A stretch of DNA of 64,000 nt, taken from Gammaproteobacteria bacterium (GTDB lineage Bacteria > Pseudomonadota > Gammaproteobacteria > JBCCGL01). Positions 1-10,354 of the stretch are shown piece after piece; position 1 is the stretch's first letter; the number at the start of each line of letters is the position of its first letter. Location of the stretch: the NCBI GenBank assembly GCA_965277715.1, contig OZ255836.1, forward strand, positions 256,001-320,000, given 5' to 3'. The position numbers were made by a program, and so were the translations under genes. The notes under the pieces are model-generated. The model had not been told where the DNA came from, did not search any database, and saw only the letters and a list, made by a program, of their open reading frames with translations.

Positions 1-271
1 TTTTAGTTTTTTGATGACTATATTGCTTCTTTTTTTAAAAGATTTTCATATAGATGTGATTAGAAATATATGTTTTGATTGGCCGTTAATAGAATATAAA
101 AGTAAGGATATACCTAGTGCTTGCTATGATTTTGATAATAATAAGTATATGGGTATAGGTTGGCCATTGGCAGCGATTTTTTATACAGTTGTTGGATTTA
201 TTTATATGCTAATGATATATATTTTATGGGTCTTTGCTGATTTTTATAAACATAAAAATTGGCGCATGTGA
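1..271 (+). CDS. 3' part of an AT-rich membrane protein, probable Rhs immunity protein (5' end outside the window)
   Basis: The frame is open from the window edge, with very low GC and hydrophobic stretches. It is followed by the same ACTAATTAGGACAGGCAT motif that follows the immunity gene ending at 8514. Confidence 0.5.
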   Translation, partial: FSFLMTILLLFLKDFHIDVIRNICFDWPLIEYKSKDIPSACYDFDNNKYMGIGWPLAAIFYTVVGFIYMLMIYILWVFADFYKHKNWRM

Positions 272-481
272 GTGGGTGTGACTGGAGACATTGGCTGCAA
301 ACTAATTAGGACAGGCATCGATAGAGATGACAGCTTTATCGTAGAAGAAAGCAGCTCTCCAGTCGGCCATGACTTGTCTGACTCAATTTGTAATGGTCAA
401 GTATTTCTGTAGTGACTCTAAGCCACATTGAGTAATTTCTGCCTTTTCATTGCTGGTGTCAGGCATCGAGAAAAGGGGCCA

Positions 482-1456
482 TATATGGACCCGCAGTTAA
501 ATTCAACAATTTTTTAATCGTTCATTCATTTTTTAGCGTTCAGAGCAGACATAGTAAATAAGGTTAGCAGTCATATATCCGGCTTCTCGATAGAACGGAT
601 TGTATTTGTTTATCCGTCCAGAACCATAATGGGAACCGCGCTCAGACACCTCATCAAGCAATCGGTCTGTGAAGACCATGACCCCTCCAGGTTCTGTCTT
701 AGCCGGTTTAACCTGTTATACCCTTTACTGCTCTTTCGCTACCTCGTGGTAAGAAATCTTCAACGATGTTATTAAACTGTTTTATGCACGTAAGTTGTAT
801 TATTAGCCGCCACCGCCCAGCTAATTCTGGCGAGCTTATTGGCCAATGCCACCGCCGCCACACAATGGCCCCGACGTGCTTTGACACGACAGGCCCAACG
901 ACTTAGCCCATCATCGTGTTTAGGCATTCGACTTAATGCCGCTTGCGCCCCCTGTATCAACAAAGTGCGCACGTGTTCGTCCCCGCGTTTACTGATACCT
1001 TTTAGTTGCGTTTTGCCCCCCGAACTATATTGACGAGGAACGAGACCCAAAAAGGCGGAAAACTCACACCCATTTTTATAAAAACCCGGATCGCCCATTG
1101 CTGTAAACAAGGCAGTGGCGACCAGAGGCCCTACACCCGGCAGTGTTTTTAATTGCTGACAGCGCTCATGCTGGTTGCTCAACTGGGTTAACCGTTTTGT
1201 GTAGTGTGTTACGCGTTTATCAATCGCCACTAGTTCATCATACAAAGAACTGAACACTTCACGTGCTGTGGCTGAACCGTGTTTATTAGCACCACACACT
1301 TGAAAAATAGTTTTGGCTAGATCAATACCCAATCGGGTGATATTCTCGTTCATGGACTCGCTCCTACCTTTATTAGGTGATAATAGATTGGTTGTGTTAC
1401 CGCTCAATCTTGGCACATTGTGATGCCGGTTCAAAGGGAGCGGGTCCATCCCATCA
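482..1456 (-). mobile_element. IS110 family (IS1111 group) element, internally deleted copy
   Basis: Near-identical to 27874-29293. Sub-terminal IRs ATGGACCCGC (485-494) and GCGGGTCCAT (1440-1449). The transposase is deleted in frame (KHG fused to SATARE). Confidence 0.92.
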
Positions 1457-1516
1457 GGCATAGACTGACCCCCGGCGCTCACGTTGTTCGCTTGTGCCCC
1501 CGAGCCAGTGTCCGCT

Positions 1517-1545
1517 GCGCCGCATAATCAGTCGTTATGTTAAAT
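1517..1545 (+). other. dif-like XerC/XerD recombination site
   Basis: GCGCCGCATAA-tcagtcg-TTATGTTAAAT: perfect XerD arm, XerC-like arm, 7-bp central region. Confidence 0.7.
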
Positions 1546-1749
1546 GGCCGGTCGCTATCGCTCCATAAGGTGTGCTGCGCACTGCGCACGGTCTCTTGCG
1601 CCGCTGTCGCGCGCCAGAGCCGTGCTGTTTTTAAAGAGCCCGCCCACCCCGGTCAGCTAAAGGGCGCTCCAGCCCGCACAAAAAGCGTGCGTTCTTCCAT
1701 TTCCCCTTTAGCTGCCCTCCCTGAATCAGGTGGGTGTGGTGGACAAGGG

Positions 1750-1889
1750 CTGACTGCACATGCTGTCAGGTTAGCACCGTGCTCGAACCGTCAAGGCCAA
1801 GCCCTACGGGTTCTTCGCTCCACGGCGTTGCGCTGCGAAGCCTTGACAGTCCTGCGCGCGATGCAAGGGGTTTTGCATGTCCAGTCAGT
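1750..1889 (+). promoter_or_regulatory. Long imperfect hairpin, resembling an ssDNA promoter/origin (Frpo/ssi-like)
   Basis: Nested IRs CTGACTGCACATGC/GCATGTCCAGTCAG and GTCAAGGC(1790-1797)/GCCTTGAC(1840-1847), the latter overlapping TTGACA, upstream of a small gene. Confidence 0.4.
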
Positions 1890-1926
1890 CCTACTGGGCT
1901 GTCAACAGCCACAGGAGCAAATCAAC

Positions 1927-2160
1927 ATGAAACAGCGAATAACCATCGACCTACCCGACGAGTTTATCGCGTTGTGTCAAGCAGACGAAGTCGAGCCGGA
2001 ACGGGTGCTCAGGGGCTTCATTGCTGATCTATCTGGCATTATGAACTGGGCAAATGATCCCAGGGAAGACGGCTACTCAAGCCATGGCAGAGACGAGCGG
2101 ATGAAAGCTCGTGAGTATTATGATCGAGTCGGTTATCCGTACTGGAAGCAGTACAAGTAA
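1927..2160 (+). CDS. Small hypothetical protein (77 aa) of mobile-element type
   Basis: AGGAG RBS, ATG at 1927 (MKQRITIDLPDEF...RVGYPYW), hairpin AAAGGCCGG/CCGGCCTTT at 2166-2190. The 207-aa ORF call is an upstream over-extension. Confidence 0.7.
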   Translation: MKQRITIDLPDEFIALCQADEVEPERVLRGFIADLSGIMNWANDPREDGYSSHGRDERMKAREYYDRVGYPYWKQYK

Positions 2161-2528
2161 TCCATAAAGGCCGGTGCAATCCCGGCCTTTTAGCGCGGCC
2201 TGATGGTTCAGAAAAAAGCGGCTAAAAACAGAAGCCTTCATGATCGTGCCGTCATCGCGTAAACTACCGGCCATGACGTATCCGATTCAATCCCTCCTTC
2301 AACTGAATGTCCCGCAGGTTCTCTGTCTGTGGCGGTTGACCTGGCTGTACCTGATGGCGGCTTCTATCCTGAAACAAAGTACCGCGCTGGTCGTATCGGT
2401 GCGAAAACCGCCTCAAGGGAAAAAATCGCCAGAACAGGATGGTATCAAGGAAAAGAGACGTTTAACGGATTGTTTTATCAAAGGAAAAGTGGGGTCGTTA
2501 CGAGGATGCACGTCAAGCGTACCCATCC

Positions 2529-3010
2529 TTGCAAACGGGGCACAAACCGCCGCTTTTGCACATTTTTTTAATGCGGAGATGAGTGCTCGGAGGGGCTCGG
2601 CTGACAAGGATCTTCGTGATGGAAGTGTACATGTGGACAAATCAAGACTAGAAGATATATATGAAACTGGGGAATGGGATACCATTGGAGCAGTGGGAGA
2701 TATTTTAGCATCGATAATGCAACGAGTTCCCCATCCTGAGATACAAGGAGCGGGCTATGCTTTAGATTTAGCAGATGTCTTATCGGTGCAATCTAGAATG
2801 GTAACAGTAGGGCAGGTTCGTTTAACAGAAACGTATTCCTATGACACATTGTATGACGCTACTGGTTCACCTAATAATCCTGATTTGTGGTCAGAAGTTC
2901 CAGGTTTTAGATCGGGAGGGAATTTAGTCAGCACAAAAAGAACAACGCTTTATCGCCGGACTGGAACTGAATATAGAACGTGTTTTGCTCAAAGCTTAGG
3001 ATGTTATTAA
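2529..3010 (+). pseudogene. Orphan Rhs C-terminal toxin cassette 1 (no start codon)
   Basis: Begins at ANGAQTAAFAHFFNAE, shared at DNA level with 7468-7536 and 11021-11071, then has a unique C-terminal domain. The next gene starts after a 1-bp gap. Confidence 0.75.
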
Positions 3011-3011
3011 T

Positions 3012-3535
3012 ATGTATGTCATGATATTCAAGGGCCTATTCTTTTCGTTTTTGGTTTCAATTTTGAGTTTAGTAATAGTGACTTACACTCCTATAGAACT
3101 AACCCAGAGAGAGCCGAGTAATATCTATTCACCATATTTGGATGAAATTAATGTAATACAAAAAAAAACGGAACAAGGCTTACATCCGTCATCACCTGAG
3201 TGGAAAAGGCTTGATGAGTTGATAGAAAAAAATAATCAGTGGCATGAACAAGATCACAATGAAAATTTTCAAAATACTACAATTAGCTTACGTGTTTCCT
3301 GGAAAAAGAAAAGCAACTATATGTCTCCTGTTATTATGTTGCTTTGGGTTTAGCATTTTATTATTTTTTTAAATCTCGTTCAGAAATTCAATTGCTTAGC
3401 GTTTTGATATTCCCTGTTATTTTATTAGTTACCCAATTGATGTCTATATTGCAAGTAGTGTTAATTGTGTTTGTTGTTTTATCAATCTTGTTTTGGAATA
3501 GGAAAAGAGCATCGACTGGGACAGGCATAGACTGA
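3012..3535 (+). pseudogene. Putative membrane immunity protein for CT1, frameshifted near 3346-3348
   Basis: ORFs 3012-3353 and 3344-3535 join if one G is added (TGG GGT TTA GCA). AT-rich, several TM segments, directly after the toxin. Confidence 0.65.
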
Positions 3536-3550
3536 AGAGCAAAAGAGAGC

Positions 3551-5243
3551 AAAAGGAGCAAAAGGGGTCAAGGCAGAATGGCACTTCCTTAAGCTGTAAG
3601 TATTTGAAGTAATTACAAAAAAAGCTGGTTCTATGGTAGGTTATTTGTTGCCAACACAAATACCCTTTATCCCACAGGAACCAGCTATCATGCAGAGTAA
3701 TGTAAAAGTCAACATTCTTCAACGTCGCATCAAAAGCCGAGCTCAATCCTCGGATGCATTGAGTTTTTATCACTTGCTGACATCCTCTCAGTTACTTACG
3801 AAACTGGAAGAATTACAACCGGATTTTCGAGCGCGTCGCTATCCTCCTCTAGACACCTTATCGCTGTTTTTATACCAAACAATGAGTGCAGATCAGTCCT
3901 GCCAACAAGCTGTCAACACACTCGCTGTACAGCGATTAAGTGAAGGTTTATCAGTGAGTAATACGTATACAGGGAGTTAGTGTAAAGCGCGACAAAGGCT
4001 GCCAACCCCCCTCGTCTCAGGGCTTGCCCGTTGTACAGGCGAGTGTGTGGCGAATGAAGCGGCCAGTCACTGGCACTGGCAAGGGCGTTCAGTTAAATTG
4101 GTTGACGGCACTACTGTGACGATGCCCGATACGCCTGAAAATCAGGTAGTTTATCCACAACAGTCAGGCCAGCAAGTGGGGATCGGTTTTCCTCTTTGTC
4201 GCTGGGTAGGAATTATTTGTTTAGCCAGTGGTGGTGTTCTCGATGCGGCAATGGGTCCTTTTAAAGGTAAGGGAGCGGATGAGCAAACGTTATTGAGAAA
4301 AATACAAAATGCGCTTAAACCGGGTGATATTGTGGTGGGTGATGCCTATTTTGCGGGTTATTTTTTTCTAGCAAACCTTATAGAGCAAGGAGTAGACGGT
4401 GTATTTGAGCAGCATGGTGCGCGGCGTAAATCCACAGATTTTCGAAAAGGCAAAAAGCTTGGATCGAAGGATCATCTGATTTGTTATACAAAGCCCAAGA
4501 AAAGACCAGAGTGGATGAGCGAAGAAGCCTATGAAGCGGCGGCTGATGAAGTGGTTATACGTGAACTGAAAGTGGGTAAAAAACTGTTGGTGACAACGTT
4601 GTTATCAGTTAAATCGGCGTCTAAAGAGGCTCTTAAACAGCTCTACAAAGAACGCTGGCATGTCGAACTTGATTTACGCCATATAAAAACGACAATGAAG
4701 ATGCACACTTTCCGTTGTAAGACGCCAGAAATGGTTGAGAAGGAAATGTGGGTACACATATTAGCTTACAACCTTATTCGCTTATTAATGGCGCAATCTG
4801 CCTTACTAGTGGACATACTGCCTCGACAGATAAGTTTTAAGCATACGTTACAAATTTGGGTAGCGTATCGTTATCAGAAAGGCGGTAGCCCTCTGGGTAG
4901 TGATAAGGTGTTGGCGCTATGTGCGTTGATTGCAGAAAACTGTGTGGGTAATCGACCGGGGCGTATTGAACCAAGAGTGGTTAAACGAAGACCCAAACCA
5001 TATCCTTTATTGATGCAGCCAAGGGACGTGGCCAGAAGTGTTGTTAAAAAATATGGCCATCCCAAAAAACAGAAATAGGTCATTTACAATGAAAGTACTT
5101 CCATATTTTTCATGTACTTAGAGCTTAAGGAAGTGCCATTCGGGTCAAGGCAGTTATTTCCTATATTTCTTGCTGGAAACCACTGTTTTTATCCGTATTA
5201 GTCGTTGTATGGTGAATAATAAGCCTGACCCCCTTGCTTTCTT
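3551..5243. repeat. REPIN/MITE-like unit (~110 bp, GGGGTCA...TGACCCC arms) split by an IS4 insertion
   Basis: 3557-3575 plus 5153-5240 reconstitute a unit matching 27781-27875 plus 29296-29307. Confidence 0.85.
3576..5141 (+). mobile_element. IS4 family element; transposase 3690-5078 interrupted by TAG at 3978-3980
   Basis: 27-bp TIR GAATGGCACTTCCTTAAGCT(G/C)TAAGTA, 11-bp DR GGGTCAAGGCA, motifs VDGTT and YKERWHVELDLR. Confidence 0.95.
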
Positions 5244-5316
5244 TTAACTGAACCTCGTATCAAGGCCTCTCAGAGACTAAAAGATTCATTGGGTTAAACC
5301 TGAGGTAGCGGTATTG
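5244..5316 (+). mobile_element. Isolated right end of the IS4 element found at 8825-10353
   Basis: Matches the last ~73 bp of that element (...CCTGAGGTAGCGGTATTG). Confidence 0.9.
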
Positions 5317-5327
5317 CCCTCTGACCC

Positions 5328-6887
5328 CAATGGCACTAAGTTAAGCCGCTTTAGCTTGCCAATATTCAGTTTTTAAAACGTTCCTTGGTCGAGTCATTAA
5401 TGCCCGTGGTTTAGGTCGCCTTTTTACCACTCTTGGTTCAAATCTAAAAGGTCGATGAAGCACACGATCATCCGCAATCGCTGCATATAAATAATCAAGA
5501 TATTGCCGTCTTTTTTGTGCTGGACTCTGCCCACTACCAAGTGATGAAGTGCTTTGTCGGAGTGTTTGCAAAACACCTTTAAGACTTAGCCGATCAACCG
5601 GTGTGTCATGTCGGTATGAAGCGACACACATGATGTGCCTGATCGTGTTGTAAACAATCATGTGCATGATGATTTCCTTACGAACCATATCAGGTGTTTT
5701 ACAGCGTAATATATCCATACCCATGGTGGTTTTAATATTGCGAAAATACAGTTCCACATTCCAGCGCTGTGCATAGAGGTCGATAATTTCTATAGCGGGA
5801 TATTGCTGAGCATCAAGTAGTGTCGTGATGATATAAAAATGGTTCGTCCTAAATCCTTTTCGTACAATACTGACGTGTATTTGTCGTAAAGTTAAGGTCT
5901 TTGGAAGGTCGCTATGCTGCTCTTTTGTGTAACGGGTCGCTTTTGTGTGTTTAGGTTTTTGCCATTCAATATGAAGGTCATTATCGGCTATCTTCTTTTT
6001 GGCCTGGGAGGCAGTGCTGGGCGTTCTCCGCGCCAATGTAACGACACTGTCAACCGTTCGTCGAGAGAGGCAGTCAATATCGTAGAAGCTGCAAAAACCT
6101 TTATCACCTAAGAAAATGTCACCTTCATTGAAGGTATCCCATTGTTCTTCTAAAAGTCTTAGCTCATGACTTTTTTTATTTCCTAGTGCATAGCTCAGAA
6201 TTAAACCGCTATAAAGATTAAAACAAGCTAAAAGCCGTGCTTGAGGAAATCCGCATCCCTGTTTTTGTGATTTCGGTTGTGGGTAAGTTTGTTGATTCGC
6301 GGGCGTATCGGGCATGGATAGGCCTGTCCCATCGGCAACGATAACCGGTCGACCTTGGAGCGCTTTGGGTTGAGGTGGCGATAATCGACACGTCCCTGAA
6401 AATACGTTTTTAAGATCGTCCATGGGTAGTTTTTTACGTGCTTGGCAATAGGCGGAGGTGGATGATGAAGGTATGGGAATGCCTTGGTTGTGGGCGACAT
6501 TTTGCAGTTGTCTAACGACTTCTTTACAGCCACCATCGGCGTTCATTATTTGTGAAAAAAACAACCAGAAAGTATTTTCTTTACTGAAAATACGTCGACG
6601 ACTATTCACACCAAAATCATTCGGTTTAAGAATATTCGTGGGTATAATATCGCCAAGAAAAACAGGTAGTTCACTCAGTGATTTGTGACGTATTTTTGCT
6701 ATCTTATCGTGCAAGATTTGAATGGCTGAACGGGGTGTTTTGCGGAGTGTTTGGATGTTGAATCCGGGTAGAAATAAGGTTGTATTTTTCATACAAAATT
6801 ATAACATTTCAGCCTTTTTTATTGGGTTTATTACAGTTATTTTTTCGTTTATTTTACCCGCTAAAACCGCTTAACTTAGTGCCATTG
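5328..6887 (-). mobile_element. IS4 family element with intact 483-aa transposase (5341-6792)
   Basis: TIR CAATGGCACTAAGTTAAGC, 11-bp DR CCCTCTGACCC, motifs DGTG, GDKGF, YAQRWNVELYFR. Confidence 0.95.
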
Positions 6888-6912
6888 CCCTCTGACCCCC
6901 TTGCTTTCTTGC

Positions 6913-7965
6913 TTTTTTAAAAAAGCATTCGGGGGACTTGCGGGTCTTGTATTAGGGTTACCGGCGGCTTTGCAGCGACTTGAGAAGAAAGTTAAAAGAG
7001 CCGCTATTCGGGCTGTAGGTCCAAAAATTGCCAATCTCGCGGCGACAATTGGCTCAGCATTTTGTGGCCCTTTTGCGGCGCTGTATTATGCGGCGGCGCA
7101 ACACGACATAGCCAGAGCGTATGGGGCTTCGCCCTCGGAAGCCGCTAGAGGTGCCGCTGTAGTGGGAATAACGTATTATCTTGGGCAAGGCAACGGAGGA
7201 GATAGTGGGTGGTCGAACTTTGCCTATAAGGTTGCTGCCAGGGCAGGTCAAAATACGTTGAACGGAGGAGATGATGGTGGTTCGGGTGGTCGATCAACAA
7301 TTGCACAAGGAGGGCGGTTTGGTGCAGGATTTGTTACCTCATCCTTTGCAGACAGTGCGAAGCCGGTAAGTCTGAGTGTGGGTGGGAAATCGGCCACGAA
7401 TAGAATTCATCGGACGGTTGCGGCGGCGGTGGTTGGGGGGACGGCATCTAAGCTTGGTGGGGGTAAGTTTGCAAACGGGGCGCAGACCGCTGCGTTTGCG
7501 CATTTGTTGAATGCAGAGTTGAGTGCTCGGAAGGGAAGAGAAGCGGGTAAAGTATATGTAACAGGTCATAATGTCGGCGGCGTTGGCCCCGTGCATACGG
7601 CGATTGAATATACTGACGCTAATGGTGAAACTGTGACGTTTAGTGCTGGCCCTGACGGCGGATTATTGGTTAGTGACCTAAATCGATCATCAGATGCCCC
7701 CGCTAATAATTTTACTGTTGATTTGGTAACACTCCCTAAAGGTGCGACAGCTCAAAGTTATGTGAATAGCTTGAGGCAGGCTGATAGTGCTTATTGTGAT
7801 TGCGTTGATTACGACCTGTTTCCAGGGGTTGTAGACAGCTTCAATTCAAATAGTTATGTACGCGGTTTATTGAATGCTACTGGAGGTAGAACGTCTGTAA
7901 ATCTCGGCGACTATTATGGTGGTAACGATCCACTGCCTCGTCATCATTTCCAGTCTAGCCCATAG
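6913..7965 (+). pseudogene. Orphan Rhs C-terminal cassette 2: Gly/Ala-rich pre-toxin region plus papain-like toxin domain
   Basis: Starts at FFKK, the position just after DPSGY in the 10355 Rhs fragment. Contains GGGKFANGAQTAAFAHLLNAE, then H...HTAI...YDLFP...NSNSY. Confidence 0.75.
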
Positions 7966-7974
7966 GTGAGTGGT

Positions 7975-8514
7975 ATGAAAAGAACCGTTATCATTTGTAC
8001 AATCCTTCTATTTAGTGTTGGTTGCATGTCTAAATCGTTTGACTACAAGTACATCTCGCTAGAACAACTTGAAGGAATTGAGATTGTATCTCATGGAAAA
8101 TCTGAGTTATCACGCCTTAAATCAGATGATGATATGCCGACGCGTTATAAGCTATCTAGGAAAAATTATATTCTTATTTTTGAATTGGATAAAAAAAATC
8201 ATTGGCCATCAATTTTAGTTAGCTCGAAGTCTTTGAGTGGCGTTGGCCTTGTTATTGAAGCTATTACGGTAGGGGATTGCGGTGGTTTTGATGATTGGGG
8301 TGTGCAATACAAGGTAGATAACCTACAGGCTTTAAGATATGTGTGGTCACCTGCCTTTAGGCGAAATTGTAAAATGAGTGGCAATGAGGATTATCCTAGT
8401 CAGCAAGTGATTAGTTTTGTAGTGAAGGATCAAGAAGGTAAAGTGTTTGGCGAAGAAAGGTTGCCATTTGTTTTGATAAAAAATGGTACCTACTATGAAA
8501 AAGACAGCCTTTAG
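7975..8514 (+). CDS. Putative lipoprotein immunity protein for CT2
   Basis: MKRTVIICTILLFSVGC signal peptide with lipobox, abuts the toxin stop codon, AT-rich. Confidence 0.75.
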   Translation: MKRTVIICTILLFSVGCMSKSFDYKYISLEQLEGIEIVSHGKSELSRLKSDDDMPTRYKLSRKNYILIFELDKKNHWPSILVSSKSLSGVGLVIEAITVGDCGGFDDWGVQYKVDNLQALRYVWSPAFRRNCKMSGNEDYPSQQVISFVVKDQEGKVFGEERLPFVLIKNGTYYEKDSL

Positions 8515-8520
8515 AAAAGA

Positions 8521-8820
8521 GAAACTAATTAGGAAAACTAATTAGGACAGGCATTGAGAGCAGGCATCGGCAGGCATCAGGACAGGCAGAGTAAAGACAT
8601 CGACTAGTTTTAGTGCCTGTTCGGAGGTTTTTTTGTTGGTTTGATGAGAGTGAATTCATCGAGCGTGCATCCATCGTTTAGCGTCATGCTTCAATAGCAT
8701 GCCGTCGATTAACGCCATAATGCCTGTCCTGTCCATTTCGGCGTCCATTGGCTCAGCGTTTAAAACCTTTCTTTTAGCGGCGGTTACTGGCGGATGTATT
8801 GAGAGAAGGGAAGGGGTCAT
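8521..8820. repeat. Cluster of (GGA)CAGGCA motifs with an inverted copy and a GGGGTCA arm
   Basis: Duplicated AACTAATTAGGA, CAGGCA motifs at ~8545, 8561, 8571 and 8580, inverted AATGCCTGTCCT at 8719-8730, GGGGTCA at 8813. Confidence 0.7.
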
Positions 8821-8824
8821 ATAT

Positions 8825-10353
8825 CAATACCGCTACCTCAGTCTGGTGAAGAACTAAAATAACGTTAAAAGTCATATAGATGGGTAACGTTAGGTTTCCT
8901 TTTGAAGTATCCTTGTAAGCGACAAAACACACAAGTACTTCGCCAAAAAACCTAACGCTGACCTATTCTATGAAATTCGCTATCCGACAGCAAATTAAAA
9001 CGATCAAATGTGTTTTTTTTCAGTTAAACACAGGAGACTTTAATAATTTACTCTGTTCCAAGCGTCTAAACGACCTAAGCGAACTATCGGGCAGCTATCG
9101 AGACCGGGTATTCACCCCACTTGTTACACTGCGTTTATTTCTCTGGCAGGTGTTAAGTGATAATGGCAGTTGTAAAGAAACAGTCGCCCGTCTGCTAGTT
9201 GATCGTTTACAGGAAAACCTGCTTCCAAGTTCTTTTAATAGCGGTCCTTACTGTAAAGCCCGTCAACGTTTATCTCTGTCGTGGGTACTTCAGGAGGTAC
9301 GTTCAATCGGTTCAACGTTACATGCCAGAGCAGGTAAAATTTGGACATGGAAAGGGTATAATGTGGTGCTTGTGGATGGAACCACTGTTCTCATGCCTGA
9401 TACCCAGAAAAATCAACATAAATACCCCCAGCAACAGACTCAAAAACCGGGTTTAGGTTTTCCTATTGCTCGAATAGTCGGACTCATTTCTTTAAGTTCT
9501 GGCGCTATTATTGATTATGCAATGGGAGAGTATCAAGGAAAGGGAACAGGGGAAATGTCATTATTCAGTACCCTGATGACGTCATTAACCGCCAATGATC
9601 TGTTACTGGCAGACCGCTATTACTGTACTTATGCTGTCTTAGCGGCTCTACAATCGAAAGGGGTTGCATTCGTCTCAATGAATCACGCACAAAAGAAAGC
9701 GGATTACAAAACAGGGTTAACGCTTGGTGCAAAAGATCATCTTATCGAGTGGGAAAAACCTAAAAGAAAACCGGTTTGGATGTCGCAATCAGACTTTGAT
9801 CTATTGCCGAAAACCCTGACAGTTCGAGAATTTTCAGTGGATGGGACAGTCTATGTTAGCACTTTGTTGGAGGTTGATACTTACCCTAAGAAAGAGCTTT
9901 CAACACTGTATAAGGAACGTTGGAAAGTTGAATTGGATTTTCGTACAATTAAAACAGATTTGAAAATGGATATGTTGCGATGCCATTCACCCGAGATGGT
10001 TGAAAAAGAAATAGCAACAACCTTTATGGCTTATAACCTGATTCGGGGTAGCATGGCAGAGTCAGCAAAAACAGAGGGTGAAATAGCACGTCAAATAAGT
10101 TTTAAGGCAACGGTACAGCTACTGGGTATTGCTCATATTAAATTCATCCATTCAACATCCAGTATGATACAAAAAGCGTACACTTCCTTATTAAGGATAA
10201 TCGCTTCAACGTTAATTGGCAGGAGAAAACGATCACCCCAACCAAGGGCAATTAAACGACGACCAAAAGCCTACCCACTGTTAACTGAACCTCGTATCAA
10301 GGCCTCTCAGAGACTAAAAGATTCATTGGGTTAAACCTGAGGTAGCGGTATTG
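8825..10353 (+). mobile_element. IS4 family element with intact 454-aa transposase (8970-10334)
   Basis: TIR CAATACCGCTACCTCAG, motifs VDGTT, ADRYY, YKERWKVELDFR. No DR visible. Confidence 0.93.
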
Positions 10354-10354
10354 G

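Noticed and set aside
1537-1926. N-terminal 130 aa of the 207-aa ORF
   Set aside because: It runs through the dif-like site and hairpin; a good RBS and ATG lie at 1927.
2240-2528. N-terminal part of the 256-aa ORF as a real toxin leader
   Set aside because: Similarity to the other Rhs cassettes begins abruptly at 2529, so the upstream open frame is probably fortuitous.
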